DNA from: Ruminococcus albus 7 = DSM 20455
GTDB taxonomy: Bacteria > Bacillota > Clostridia > Oscillospirales > Ruminococcaceae
DNA length: 32,000 bases
Direction: 5' to 3'
Assembly (NCBI RefSeq): GCF_000179635.2
Contig: NC_014833.1
Coordinates: 990,001-1,022,000, forward strand
The notes beneath the pieces were generated by a model, which was given only the letters and a program-made list of their open reading frames with translations, had not been told where the DNA came from and did no database searches. Shown here piece after piece: positions 1-9,094 of the stretch; positions within the stretch are counted from its first letter, which is position 1, and every line of letters begins with the position of its first letter. A program made the translations under genes and the position numbers.

Positions 1-939
1 GACGGGACTTCTATGGGGATCATGTTGAGGGATTTCCTGGATCTGTATCAAGGACATGAGGTGAAAGAACCTCCATACAATTACCGCGACTTTACCCTCT
101 GGCAAAATGAATTCAAACAGTCCGCATTCAAGCTGAAACAGGATGATTACTGGAGAGAAGAACTGCGGGATATAGTTAATTTTGAGTCTACACTGCCATT
201 GGATTTCGATCGTCCGAAAGTTCGTACAAATGAAGGTGATCTCTATGAGATGGTATTTGATGCAGAGTTTACGAGAAGGCTCAAGCAATTTGCAGGTGAT
301 CAGAAATGCACTCTGAATATTCTGCTGTTGTCCGCGCTGTTTCTGGTGCTGGGCAGATGCAATCATCAGGATACTGTTGTGATAGGTATGCCTATCTCAG
401 GCAGACACGGTGATGATCAGCATCGTATAATCGGAATGTTTGTGAATATGCTCATTATCAAGATTCATCTGGATCCGGATATGTCATATCTTCAAATGCT
501 GGATTCACTTAAAAGGAAAGCATTCCGTGCATACGAGAATCAGGATTCACAATTCAATGATGTAACAGAGATGATGGAATTTGAGCGCGAAGCCAACAAA
601 AATCCATTCTTTGATCTGGTATTTGCATTGCAGGAGATCGATATCCCGCGTCTGGAATTGCCTGAACTGACATTCACTTCACAAAATCTGGATATGTCCT
701 CGAAATTTGATCTGGTTTGTACCGCTTATGGAATGGGCGATGAGATCAGACTTTCGATGCGCTACTGGATCCGTATTTTCAAGGAGGAGACCGTTAAGCA
801 GATCATGCAGGATTTCCGAGAAATCCTCGGTGAGATCCTGGATTCACCGGACAGAAAACTGTCCGTGATCGGAATGCGGAGCATGGAGAAGCTGCAGAAG
901 GACACCACTTTTGATGAGATCAATTTTTCATTTGATTAA
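1..939 (+). CDS. NRPS condensation (C) domain, C-terminal ~310 aa; 5' end truncated by the window edge
   Basis: The frame is open from nt 1 (DGTSMGIML...), which fits the DG of the HHxxxDG core motif followed by the rest of a C domain (YNYRDFTLWQNEF, LPLDFDRP, GMPISGRHG, MFVNML). Ends in an acidic/aromatic tail, FDEINFSFD*. Confidence 0.85.
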   Translation, partial: DGTSMGIMLRDFLDLYQGHEVKEPPYNYRDFTLWQNEFKQSAFKLKQDDYWREELRDIVNFESTLPLDFDRPKVRTNEGDLYEMVFDAEFTRRLKQFAGDQKCTLNILLLSALFLVLGRCNHQDTVVIGMPISGRHGDDQHRIIGMFVNMLIIKIHLDPDMSYLQMLDSLKRKAFRAYENQDSQFNDVTEMMEFEREANKNPFFDLVFALQEIDIPRLELPELTFTSQNLDMSSKFDLVCTAYGMGDEIRLSMRYWIRIFKEETVKQIMQDFREILGEILDSPDRKLSVIGMRSMEKLQKDTTFDEINFSFD

Positions 940-966
940 ACCATTCAAATGATCCGGAGGTATTAC

Positions 967-3900
967 ATGAAACATTTATATGAACAAGAGGTACTGCTTT
1001 CTGATCCCGGCCTTCAGGATGAGATCAGTTTCTGGGAAGAGCAGTTTAAAGGTGAATGGGAACTGTCGGAGATAAGGGCAGAAGCAAACGAAAACGAAAT
1101 GGGTTTCCGTGAGATCCGTTTTGAACTTGAAGCGAAAGCTGCTCAGCGTCTTCACGAGATATGCAGAGGATCGGCACAGGCAGAATATATTGTTTTTCTG
1201 AGTATTGTATCTGTGCTGGTTTCACGCTATACAGCGCTCCCGGATGCGGCATTCAGTGTCCCTCTGATGACACATGATCCAGATCAGATAAACGATTATC
1301 TGCTGCTGCATACGGAGATCGATCCCACGGATACGCTTAAATCACTGCTTAAACGCGTCACAGCCAATATTAAAGAGCTGTACGCACATCAGAATGCACC
1401 ACTGCTGGCACTTCTGAAAAGAAACGGACGCATCAGCAGCAGCGAATATGTTATGAAGATCTGTGTGTGCAGTGAATTGCTGCAGGATAAAGGGATCTTT
1501 GAAAAACATGGATGCGGGGTAGGTTTTTCGATACTGACGAAGGATCATAATACGACAGCGGGTATCACTTATCGCAAGGATTTGTATCCTCAGTCCATGA
1601 TGGATACAATGGCAGATGTTTTGCAGGATCTTTGCTGTGAGATGATCATGCATCCTGATCAGCGTGTGAAGGATCTCCGACTGCTGGGAGATGAAAAAAT
1701 CACAGACAGTATGTTCTGGGGTGAGCAGTTTCAGTATGAACCTGTCGGATTTTTGCAAAAATTCCGTGAACACGTACAGGCACATCCAGAAAAAAATGCT
1801 TTGATAGACGATACCTGCAGCTATACATACGAAAAGTTGGACCGATTTTCAAATCAGATCGCTCATTTTGTTAAAAACTATGCTTCGGGACAAACGGAGG
1901 AGCGCGTTGGTATACTGATAGAAAACTCCGTGCTGCAGGCGGCTGCTGTACTGGGTGTCATGAAATCCGGATGCGTATATGTGCCGATCGATGTCAAGCT
2001 GCCTTTTGACCGTATAAGAGTCATGCTGGAGGATGCATCGATCTCTGTAGTCCTTACTACCTCACGCTATCTGGATATGGTGAATAAACTTCAGTGGGAG
2101 TGCAGTACGTTCCGTACGTATGCTTGCCTTGACCGCGATGATCTGTACGAACTGGAGGAGATCCACTCCAATCCGCTTATGAACAAGAACATATGGAATA
2201 TAGTTGCCCGCAGTGCACAGGACAGCATAGGGCAAGGCGGATGGACAAGTTCCTACACAGGTGAATTGTTCTCCGAACAGGAGATGAACGAATACAGTGA
2301 GAATACTGTACGAAAACTGATCCCTTATCTCACAAAGGATACCCGTGTGCTTGAGATCGGCTGTGCATCAGGACTGACAATGTTCCGTATCGCTCCGTAT
2401 GTCTGCTATTATTACGGTACTGATCTTTCGGAAGAAACCATTCGTAAAAATCTTGAATATATCGAACAGGAGAAAATATCCAATATCGGGCTGGAAGCAG
2501 TGCCTGCTGATCTTATCGGTCAGATAGCGCAGAAGGACTTTGATATAGTGATCATCAACAGTGTGATCCAGTGTTTCAATGGATATAATTATCTGCGAAA
2601 GGTTTTGAAACAAGCTGTTTCCCGCATGAAACCCAAGGGGATACTGTATCTGGGAGACTTGATGGATCAGGACAGAAAGGCGGCGCTGATAGACTCTCTG
2701 AAAGCATATCAGAAGATCGATCCGAGTGCGAAGACCGACTGGTCGGAGGAACTGTTTATATCAGCCGATTTTCTGCGTGATCTTCGTTTTGAGATGCCTG
2801 TCATCACACAGGTGGATACATCTGATAAATACTACACTATTGAGAACGAACTGACTATGTTCCGGTTTGATGCTATACTGCATATCGATCAGAATAACAC
2901 AAGCATCCCCGCAGGGACAAAAACCAGAAATCAATTCGGTATCGGGGAGATCCTCTCCGAGGATCCAATGGCGCCCGAAACGTTGCCGGAACTGGATGCC
3001 ACTGCATATATGATATATACCAGTGGCACCACCGGACTTCCCAAGGGTGTTATGCTTTCGCACCGTTCTTTGGAGAATCTCTGCGTATACAGCCGTGAAG
3101 CTTTTGCGATGCATGAAGACAACAGAATGACACGCTATGCGAATTTTGCATTCGATGCATCAGTCTGGGAACTGTTACCATCACTGTATGCAGGCGGTAC
3201 GGTATTTGTATTGCCGGATTCACTGCGTTATGATATGAAACGTCTTTCTGCATTCTTTGCAGATCATCAGATCACCCATTCATTCCTGCCGACACAGGTC
3301 GCTGAGCAGTTTATGGAACTGGATCATACATCGCTTCAATGCCTGTTGGTGGGCGGTGATAAGCTCACAAATATCCATCGTGTTCCATATCGCGTGTTCA
3401 ATAATTATGGCCCTGCTGAAAATACAGTAGTATCTACCACTTATCGTATCCGAGGAGATGAGCAGATCATTCCGATCGGCAGACCTATATTCAACACAGG
3501 TGTGATCGTGACTGACTGTTTCGGGCATCTTCTGCCGATGGGCGCAGTTGGTGAACTTTGCTGCCTTGGCAGAGGTGTAGCTAAGGGATATCTGAACAAC
3601 GAAACGGAAATGAAAAAGCGATTTGTTCGCTGGAATTCAAGCGATATGATATGCTACAAAACAGGTGACAGAGGACGATACCTCTCTGACGGTAATCTGG
3701 AGTTTCTCGGACGCATTGATCGTCAGGTCAAGATACGCGGTTATCGCATCGAGATGGAGGAGATCCCGTCCACACTTCAAAAAAGCGGATATGTCAAGGA
3801 TATTGTTGTTAAGGCTCTGGAGGATCAGACACATAATACTTATCTGGCTGCTTACTATGTCTTGAAGGAAAGCTGCAGGGATATGGATGCAGAATTGCTG

Positions 3901-4284
3901 AAGGCTTATCTGCTGGAACATCTGCCGCATTATATGGTACCTGAAGTATGGGTGAAAATGGATGAGATCCCTCTGACAGCCAATGGAAAGGTTAATTATC
4001 AGGCTTTGCCACGTCCTGAAGTGACACGGAAATTATCTCAGGACAAACCGCGAAATGAAGAAGAAGCATACCTTTGCGCTGTGTGGAAAAAGATACTGGA
4101 ACGTGAGGATATCGGTATTTATGACAATTTCTTTGATCTGGGCGGAAATTCCCTGAAAGCGATCATGTCCATTTCGGAAATGTCGGATCACTGTGATCTG
4201 GAGATCGGAGATCTGTTCCTTTACCAGACTATCAGCGAACTGGCTGCATTTCTGAAGAAAGAAGGAAAGATCTATGGAGCATAA
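967..4284 (+). CDS. NRPS subunit: truncated C-like N-terminus, then an A domain interrupted by a SAM-methyltransferase, then a T (PCP) domain
   Basis: GGAGG at 956-960 lies 6 nt before ATG 967; the track start at 949 lacks an RBS. A-domain cores: KSGCVYVPID (A2, 1963-1992), YTSGTTGLPKG (A3, 3016-3048), FDASVWE (A4), NNYGPAENT (A5), GELCCLGRGVAKGYLN (A6), YKTGDRGRY (A7), GRIDRQVKIRGYRIEMEEI (A8), LPHYMVP and PLTANGKVN (A9/A10). MT motif I VLEIGCASG (2347-2373), plus FDIVIINSVIQCF and KPKGILYLGD, all lie between A2 and A3. T domain: FFDLGGNSLKA (GGNSL at 4141-4155). Confidence 0.95.
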   Translation: MKHLYEQEVLLSDPGLQDEISFWEEQFKGEWELSEIRAEANENEMGFREIRFELEAKAAQRLHEICRGSAQAEYIVFLSIVSVLVSRYTALPDAAFSVPLMTHDPDQINDYLLLHTEIDPTDTLKSLLKRVTANIKELYAHQNAPLLALLKRNGRISSSEYVMKICVCSELLQDKGIFEKHGCGVGFSILTKDHNTTAGITYRKDLYPQSMMDTMADVLQDLCCEMIMHPDQRVKDLRLLGDEKITDSMFWGEQFQYEPVGFLQKFREHVQAHPEKNALIDDTCSYTYEKLDRFSNQIAHFVKNYASGQTEERVGILIENSVLQAAAVLGVMKSGCVYVPIDVKLPFDRIRVMLEDASISVVLTTSRYLDMVNKLQWECSTFRTYACLDRDDLYELEEIHSNPLMNKNIWNIVARSAQDSIGQGGWTSSYTGELFSEQEMNEYSENTVRKLIPYLTKDTRVLEIGCASGLTMFRIAPYVCYYYGTDLSEETIRKNLEYIEQEKISNIGLEAVPADLIGQIAQKDFDIVIINSVIQCFNGYNYLRKVLKQAVSRMKPKGILYLGDLMDQDRKAALIDSLKAYQKIDPSAKTDWSEELFISADFLRDLRFEMPVITQVDTSDKYYTIENELTMFRFDAILHIDQNNTSIPAGTKTRNQFGIGEILSEDPMAPETLPELDATAYMIYTSGTTGLPKGVMLSHRSLENLCVYSREAFAMHEDNRMTRYANFAFDASVWELLPSLYAGGTVFVLPDSLRYDMKRLSAFFADHQITHSFLPTQVAEQFMELDHTSLQCLLVGGDKLTNIHRVPYRVFNNYGPAENTVVSTTYRIRGDEQIIPIGRPIFNTGVIVTDCFGHLLPMGAVGELCCLGRGVAKGYLNNETEMKKRFVRWNSSDMICYKTGDRGRYLSDGNLEFLGRIDRQVKIRGYRIEMEEIPSTLQKSGYVKDIVVKALEDQTHNTYLAAYYVLKESCRDMDAELLKAYLLEHLPHYMVPEVWVKMDEIPLTANGKVNYQALPRPEVTRKLSQDKPRNEEEAYLCAVWKKILEREDIGIYDNFFDLGGNSLKAIMSISEMSDHCDLEIGDLFLYQTISELAAFLKKEGKIYGA

Positions 4285-5848
4285 GATCGAGAAGCTGATC
4301 TGTGAGATCCTGGGAATATCGGAATTCGGTGAACAGGACGATTTCTTCCTGAAAGGCGGCGGATCTCTTGAAGCGATTAAGCTTCGGAACTGTATACGGA
4401 CAGAGCTTGGCTGCGATATCTCATTGGCGGAGATCTTTCGCCATGCCGATCTTTCTTCAATAGCTTCAGCGTGCCGACCTCTTGAAGTGCAGCAGCCTGA
4501 AGAAGGAACAATTCCTGTTCGTGCTGGAGAGCTTTCCCTGGAACAGGAAGGTATCTGGATGTATGAAAAAATGTATCCGTCAGATTATTTCCGACTGACA
4601 GCTATACAGGAAGTACAGGGAGAGATCGATGTTGAAAGATTACAGCTGGCGATCAAGCAGACCGTTCAAAATCATGAGATGCTTCGTGCTGAGGTGCGTC
4701 TGGGTAAAGACGGCTTGCCGATGATACAGATACAAGAGTCATTTTCACGAACGCTTGAGATCCTCAACTGGTCGAAAATGCCATTCGTCAGTGATAAGTC
4801 GGTGCACGATGCTGTAAAAATGATCGCCTTATCACTGGATATGGAAAAAATCGAAAAAACAGCGCGGTTTGTTCTGATCAAGCTGCCGCAGCACCGTTCA
4901 TTCCTTACTATAGGGATACATCATCTTTACAGTGATGAAGCTTCTTTTCAGGTGATCTTCCGCGAGATATGGGATCGTTACCAAAATCGGACTGTACGTG
5001 ATGCCGATCGTTATACAACGTATATTATGGAGGAACGACGTACCGGTAAATTACAGGTGCGCTCAGAAAAAAGAGAGAGACTTGAACGTCTGGCAGAACA
5101 GCTGTATCTGGAAATACCTTGTTCAGGAACAGTTAAGCCTGGAGAATTTTCGACATTTGTTAAGGATGTACGGATATCAGATACGTATCTGCAAGATTTG
5201 CAGCTGATGGCACGCAGCCGAAATCTGACGATGCATACTCTGTTTCTCGGGGCATTTCAAATTCTGCTGCATCAACTGACGGGTGCTGATCTGATCAGTG
5301 TCGGGATTCCGGTCAACAGCCGAATGGATGATCGTTTTTCAGATACCTGTGGTCTGTTTGTGCGTGAGACCCTGATCATACAGGAGATCTCAGAAGCGGA
5401 TAGCTTTATTACGTTTTGCGGTAAGTTGCAACTAACTGTCGTGGATCAGATCATGGATGCTTCTGTGCCATTTGAACGTCTTATCCGAGATCTGAAACAC
5501 GAAAAACTGCTGCGTACTCTTCCTAATCATCTGCATTTCAATTATATAGAGGAAACTTGTCGGAAAGATACTAAGAATGGATCACCGCATATCAGTGCGA
5601 TACGATTTGCGGAAACAGGACATCTTTGTGACTTAGGCCTTATTGTTGAACGTCAGGAGTCTCGCTGTAGGATCGCACTGGTCGCAAATAAGAACTATCT
5701 CAGCGAAAGTCTGCTGGAAGGGTATGCCGATCAATTCATGACACTTCTGCAAACCATTGTCGAAGGCGGTATGGATCGACCCATTTCAGAACTTTGTCAC
5801 GTTCACAGTTCTGATGAAGATGAGATCGAAGCAGACTTTTCCTTTTGA
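4274..5848 (+). CDS. NRPS T-C didomain protein (carrier domain followed by a condensation domain)
   Basis: The start overlaps the upstream stop by 11 nt. T: FFLKGGGSLEAIKL. C: LSLEQEGIWMYEK, then HHLYSDEAS (4919-4945, an HHxxxD core with E in place of G), then GIPVNSR. Ends in the tail DEDEIEADFSF*. Confidence 0.9.
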   Translation: MEHKIEKLICEILGISEFGEQDDFFLKGGGSLEAIKLRNCIRTELGCDISLAEIFRHADLSSIASACRPLEVQQPEEGTIPVRAGELSLEQEGIWMYEKMYPSDYFRLTAIQEVQGEIDVERLQLAIKQTVQNHEMLRAEVRLGKDGLPMIQIQESFSRTLEILNWSKMPFVSDKSVHDAVKMIALSLDMEKIEKTARFVLIKLPQHRSFLTIGIHHLYSDEASFQVIFREIWDRYQNRTVRDADRYTTYIMEERRTGKLQVRSEKRERLERLAEQLYLEIPCSGTVKPGEFSTFVKDVRISDTYLQDLQLMARSRNLTMHTLFLGAFQILLHQLTGADLISVGIPVNSRMDDRFSDTCGLFVRETLIIQEISEADSFITFCGKLQLTVVDQIMDASVPFERLIRDLKHEKLLRTLPNHLHFNYIEETCRKDTKNGSPHISAIRFAETGHLCDLGLIVERQESRCRIALVANKNYLSESLLEGYADQFMTLLQTIVEGGMDRPISELCHVHSSDEDEIEADFSF

Positions 5849-5904
5849 TAGCCGGTACGGTATATTTATAAGTCAGAATCAGCTTAACATCTGGAGGAGA
5901 AACT

Positions 5905-6663
5905 ATGTTAAAGCATTGGTTTAAATACGAAACAGAATACGAGCAGAAAAATGTAAATCTCATTTGTTTTTCCCACGCCGGAGGGAGTGCAAGAGCATAT
6001 ATTCCTTGGAAACAGTACCTCCCCATAGAAGTCGGACTGCTGCCTGTGCAGCTTCCGATGCGTGAAAACCGCATTAGGGATAAGATGCCGGAAAACATCC
6101 AGAGCATTGTAAAACAGATCGTTGATGAAAATACTGAAGTCTTCAAAAAGCCCTTTGCACTTTTCGGACACAGTCTGGGCTCATTCTTCGCCTTTGAAAC
6201 GGCTGTCTATTGTCAGGAAAATCTTGGAGTAGAACCTGAGGCGATGTTCGTTTCAGGGACGGTCGACCCTGCGCATTCAAAGGAAAAAGGAAAGATGCTG
6301 GATCTGGATGACGGTAAACTGCTGCGTACTCTCCTGAACTTCGACGGAACGGAGCAGCAGCTTCTGGAAAACAAAAGCTTCCGTGATTACCTGCTGCCGA
6401 TCCTCAGAACAGATTTCAGACTGTTCAGGGAATACAAGAACACAGCGCAGCAAGTCCATTGTCCTATTTACAGTTACAGTGGCTCGCGAGATCCGTTTGC
6501 TATGACAGGAGAAGTTGAGAAATGGCGAAATTTTACCAATGCCCAGTATAGCCATAAGGAATTCACAGGAGGGCATTTCTATATGAACCAGCATACGGAG
6601 GAGCTTTGTCATGATATTCTCCGCAAGCTGAAACTGACAGGAGGGATCCGAAATGCAGTCTGA
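5905..6663 (+). CDS. Type II (editing) thioesterase, alpha/beta-hydrolase
   Basis: 252 aa. LICFSHAGGSA near the N-terminus and nucleophile elbow GHSLG (6166-6180), the typical size and layout of NRPS/PKS TEII proteins. GGAGGAG RBS upstream. Confidence 0.9.
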   Translation: MLKHWFKYETEYEQKNVNLICFSHAGGSARAYIPWKQYLPIEVGLLPVQLPMRENRIRDKMPENIQSIVKQIVDENTEVFKKPFALFGHSLGSFFAFETAVYCQENLGVEPEAMFVSGTVDPAHSKEKGKMLDLDDGKLLRTLLNFDGTEQQLLENKSFRDYLLPILRTDFRLFREYKNTAQQVHCPIYSYSGSRDPFAMTGEVEKWRNFTNAQYSHKEFTGGHFYMNQHTEELCHDILRKLKLTGGIRNAV

Positions 6664-9094
6664 ACAGCAATGGCTGCCGTCTGATGCTGAACATATATCC
6701 GGCAGCACGATACAGCGAGCCAATTTTGCATTGGATAAAGAACTTTCCGATGCTTTGCTTGCTATATCCAATGGAAAAAGCGCTGTCCTGAAAATCCTGA
6801 TCTGGACAGCATACAATATTTTTCTGAACCGGCTGACAGGACAGAAACAAGTAATATGCAGGTTGTATCAAAAAGGAGATCTGTGTTCCTATACAGTGGA
6901 TATTGACGAAACGCGAACCATTCGGGAACAGCTGAATTATCAGTTGAAGCTCTGGAAATGTGAAGATACTGCTAATGACGGAATGATAGGCGCTGCGATA
7001 CTGATGCAGAATGAAATAAAGGATACGGAAAGTCCTTACAGTATTGTGTACAGCAGCGATACGGTAAGCTGGATATATAACGAAGCATCATATTCAAAGG
7101 AACGTATCAGATACTATGGTGAAAAATACCTTAAGATCCTTCGTGAAATCCTGGTTGATCAGTATATTCCTATCAGCAGTATCGAATGGTATGATCAGGA
7201 AGAGCTGGAAGCATTTTCACGTTCGGAAAACGGCTTCAGGAAGGCGATAGATAGTTCTGGATCATTTCTTGTACGTTTGCAGAAACAAGCGCAGGCATCA
7301 CCTGAACGTATCGCAGTTTTTCATCGTGACGGGAATGTGACCTATCACGAATTGCTATGTATGGCGGAGCATATACGACAGGAACTTTTGCGCAGCGGCT
7401 GCGGTGCGAAGGAAAAGATCGCTGTATTCTGTGCACATCGTCCGTTCACTATTGCTGCGATCGTTGCTATTGCAGCAATTGGGGCATTTTATGTTCCTGT
7501 GGATGACCGCACACCACCACAGCGAGTTCAGGAACTCTTGACTGAAAATCGTATCCGTGTTCTTTTATGCGAATCGGGGGACAGTCCGCAGGCAGATGGG
7601 ATCTGTATCCTGCAGGTCTCTTTGGATCGCACTGAGATACCCATTCCTCCTGCAGAAGATGAGCAGACAGGATATGTGATCTTTACTTCCGGAACTACAG
7701 GAAAACCCAAGGGCATCCTGATCGATGAACCTAAGCTTATGAACCTGTGTGTCTGGTATGCAGAAACCTTCGGGATAGATCAGAACAGCCGTGTGATGCT
7801 CCTCAATAACTTTAATTTCGATGCATCAATAAAAAATCTGTACACGCCGTTGATGCAGGGAGCTGCTGTGGTATGCACGAAGAATGGTTTGTTCAATACA
7901 TTTGAGATCATTGAAGATATACGTCAGTTTCAGGTCACGCATATAAACTGTGTCCCTTCGCTGATGGCAGCCATTCTGGATACTGCAAGACATGAGAATT
8001 TCAGACATCTTGAAAGTGTACAGGACACAATTCTGGGCGGTGACGTATTTGAATGCGGACCGCTGCGTCTTTGGGCAGGTGCGGAGAATTGTCACAGTAC
8101 ATTTGCTAATGTCTATGGCCCTGCAGAATGCACCAGTGTTTCTACCTTCTGCTGTATTGATCGGAGCGAAGTGCTTCAATCTGATAAAACGCCGATCGGA
8201 AGACCGATCTATAATAAAAACGTCTATGTACTTAATGATACACTGCGGCGTGTTCCGATGGGAACAGTCGGGCAGATATTTATTTCAGGCTTAGGGGTGA
8301 TCACTGGGTATGAAACCGCAGTGAATGAGCAGGCACGTTTTATGCAGGCTCCCTGGGATTCAGATGAGCTGTTGTATGCAACAGGAGATCTTGGTGCATG
8401 GGATGAAAACGGAGAACTATTGTATTTTGGAAGAAACGATAATCAGCTGAAAGTCAACGGACAAAGGATCGAAGCGGAAGAATTGGAGATCCGTGCGCAG
8501 TCGTGCAGAGAGATCGAATCCTGCATAGTACGTCTTTGGAAAGATGAAGGCAACAATGGACATCTTGTGCTGTACTATACTGTAAGTCCCGGAGTCAAGG
8601 GGACAGCAAAAGAAGAGATACGTTCATATCTTCGCAGTATTTTCCCGCCGTCACTGGTGCCTCAGCAGTATGTCTGCCTGGAAAAGCTTCCGTTGACAGC
8701 AAATGGCAAAAAGGACAGAGATCATCTTCCGATGCCTGTGCAGGAACACACAGAACCTTGCATTTCTGATGCAAGCGAGCTGGAACAGAAGATACTTGAG
8801 GCGTGGAGACTTACACTTAACAGGCAGGATATTTCACTCAAGGAACATTTTTTTGAAGCCGGCGGTTCATCGCTTCTGCTATATAAGTTAAAATCAGAGA
8901 TCGACCGTATCCTTGGTACGGACATCGAACTTGTATCGCTGCTCAATTATACAACGGTGAAGGAACAGGCAGTCTGGCTTTCCGGAAAGGATGAAGTTAA
9001 GACCGCAACGCTACAGTCTGAACCTGAGATCATGATACAGCGCAGCCAGATCCGCTCTAAGAGAAAACAACTGTTGAGAGGAGGGAAACCTTGA
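6653..9094 (+). CDS. NRPS subunit: truncated C-like N-terminus, A domain, T domain
   Basis: Overlaps the TEII stop by 11 nt, with a GGAGGG RBS. A cores: FTSGTTGKPKG (A3), FNFDASIKN (A4), NVYGPAECT (A5), GQIFISGLGVITGYE (A6), YATGDLGAW (A7), GRNDNQLKVNGQRIEAEELE (A8), LPLTANGKKD (A10). T: FFEAGGSSLLLYKL. Basic C-terminal tail. Confidence 0.93.
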   Translation: MQSEQQWLPSDAEHISGSTIQRANFALDKELSDALLAISNGKSAVLKILIWTAYNIFLNRLTGQKQVICRLYQKGDLCSYTVDIDETRTIREQLNYQLKLWKCEDTANDGMIGAAILMQNEIKDTESPYSIVYSSDTVSWIYNEASYSKERIRYYGEKYLKILREILVDQYIPISSIEWYDQEELEAFSRSENGFRKAIDSSGSFLVRLQKQAQASPERIAVFHRDGNVTYHELLCMAEHIRQELLRSGCGAKEKIAVFCAHRPFTIAAIVAIAAIGAFYVPVDDRTPPQRVQELLTENRIRVLLCESGDSPQADGICILQVSLDRTEIPIPPAEDEQTGYVIFTSGTTGKPKGILIDEPKLMNLCVWYAETFGIDQNSRVMLLNNFNFDASIKNLYTPLMQGAAVVCTKNGLFNTFEIIEDIRQFQVTHINCVPSLMAAILDTARHENFRHLESVQDTILGGDVFECGPLRLWAGAENCHSTFANVYGPAECTSVSTFCCIDRSEVLQSDKTPIGRPIYNKNVYVLNDTLRRVPMGTVGQIFISGLGVITGYETAVNEQARFMQAPWDSDELLYATGDLGAWDENGELLYFGRNDNQLKVNGQRIEAEELEIRAQSCREIESCIVRLWKDEGNNGHLVLYYTVSPGVKGTAKEEIRSYLRSIFPPSLVPQQYVCLEKLPLTANGKKDRDHLPMPVQEHTEPCISDASELEQKILEAWRLTLNRQDISLKEHFFEAGGSSLLLYKLKSEIDRILGTDIELVSLLNYTTVKEQAVWLSGKDEVKTATLQSEPEIMIQRSQIRSKRKQLLRGGKP

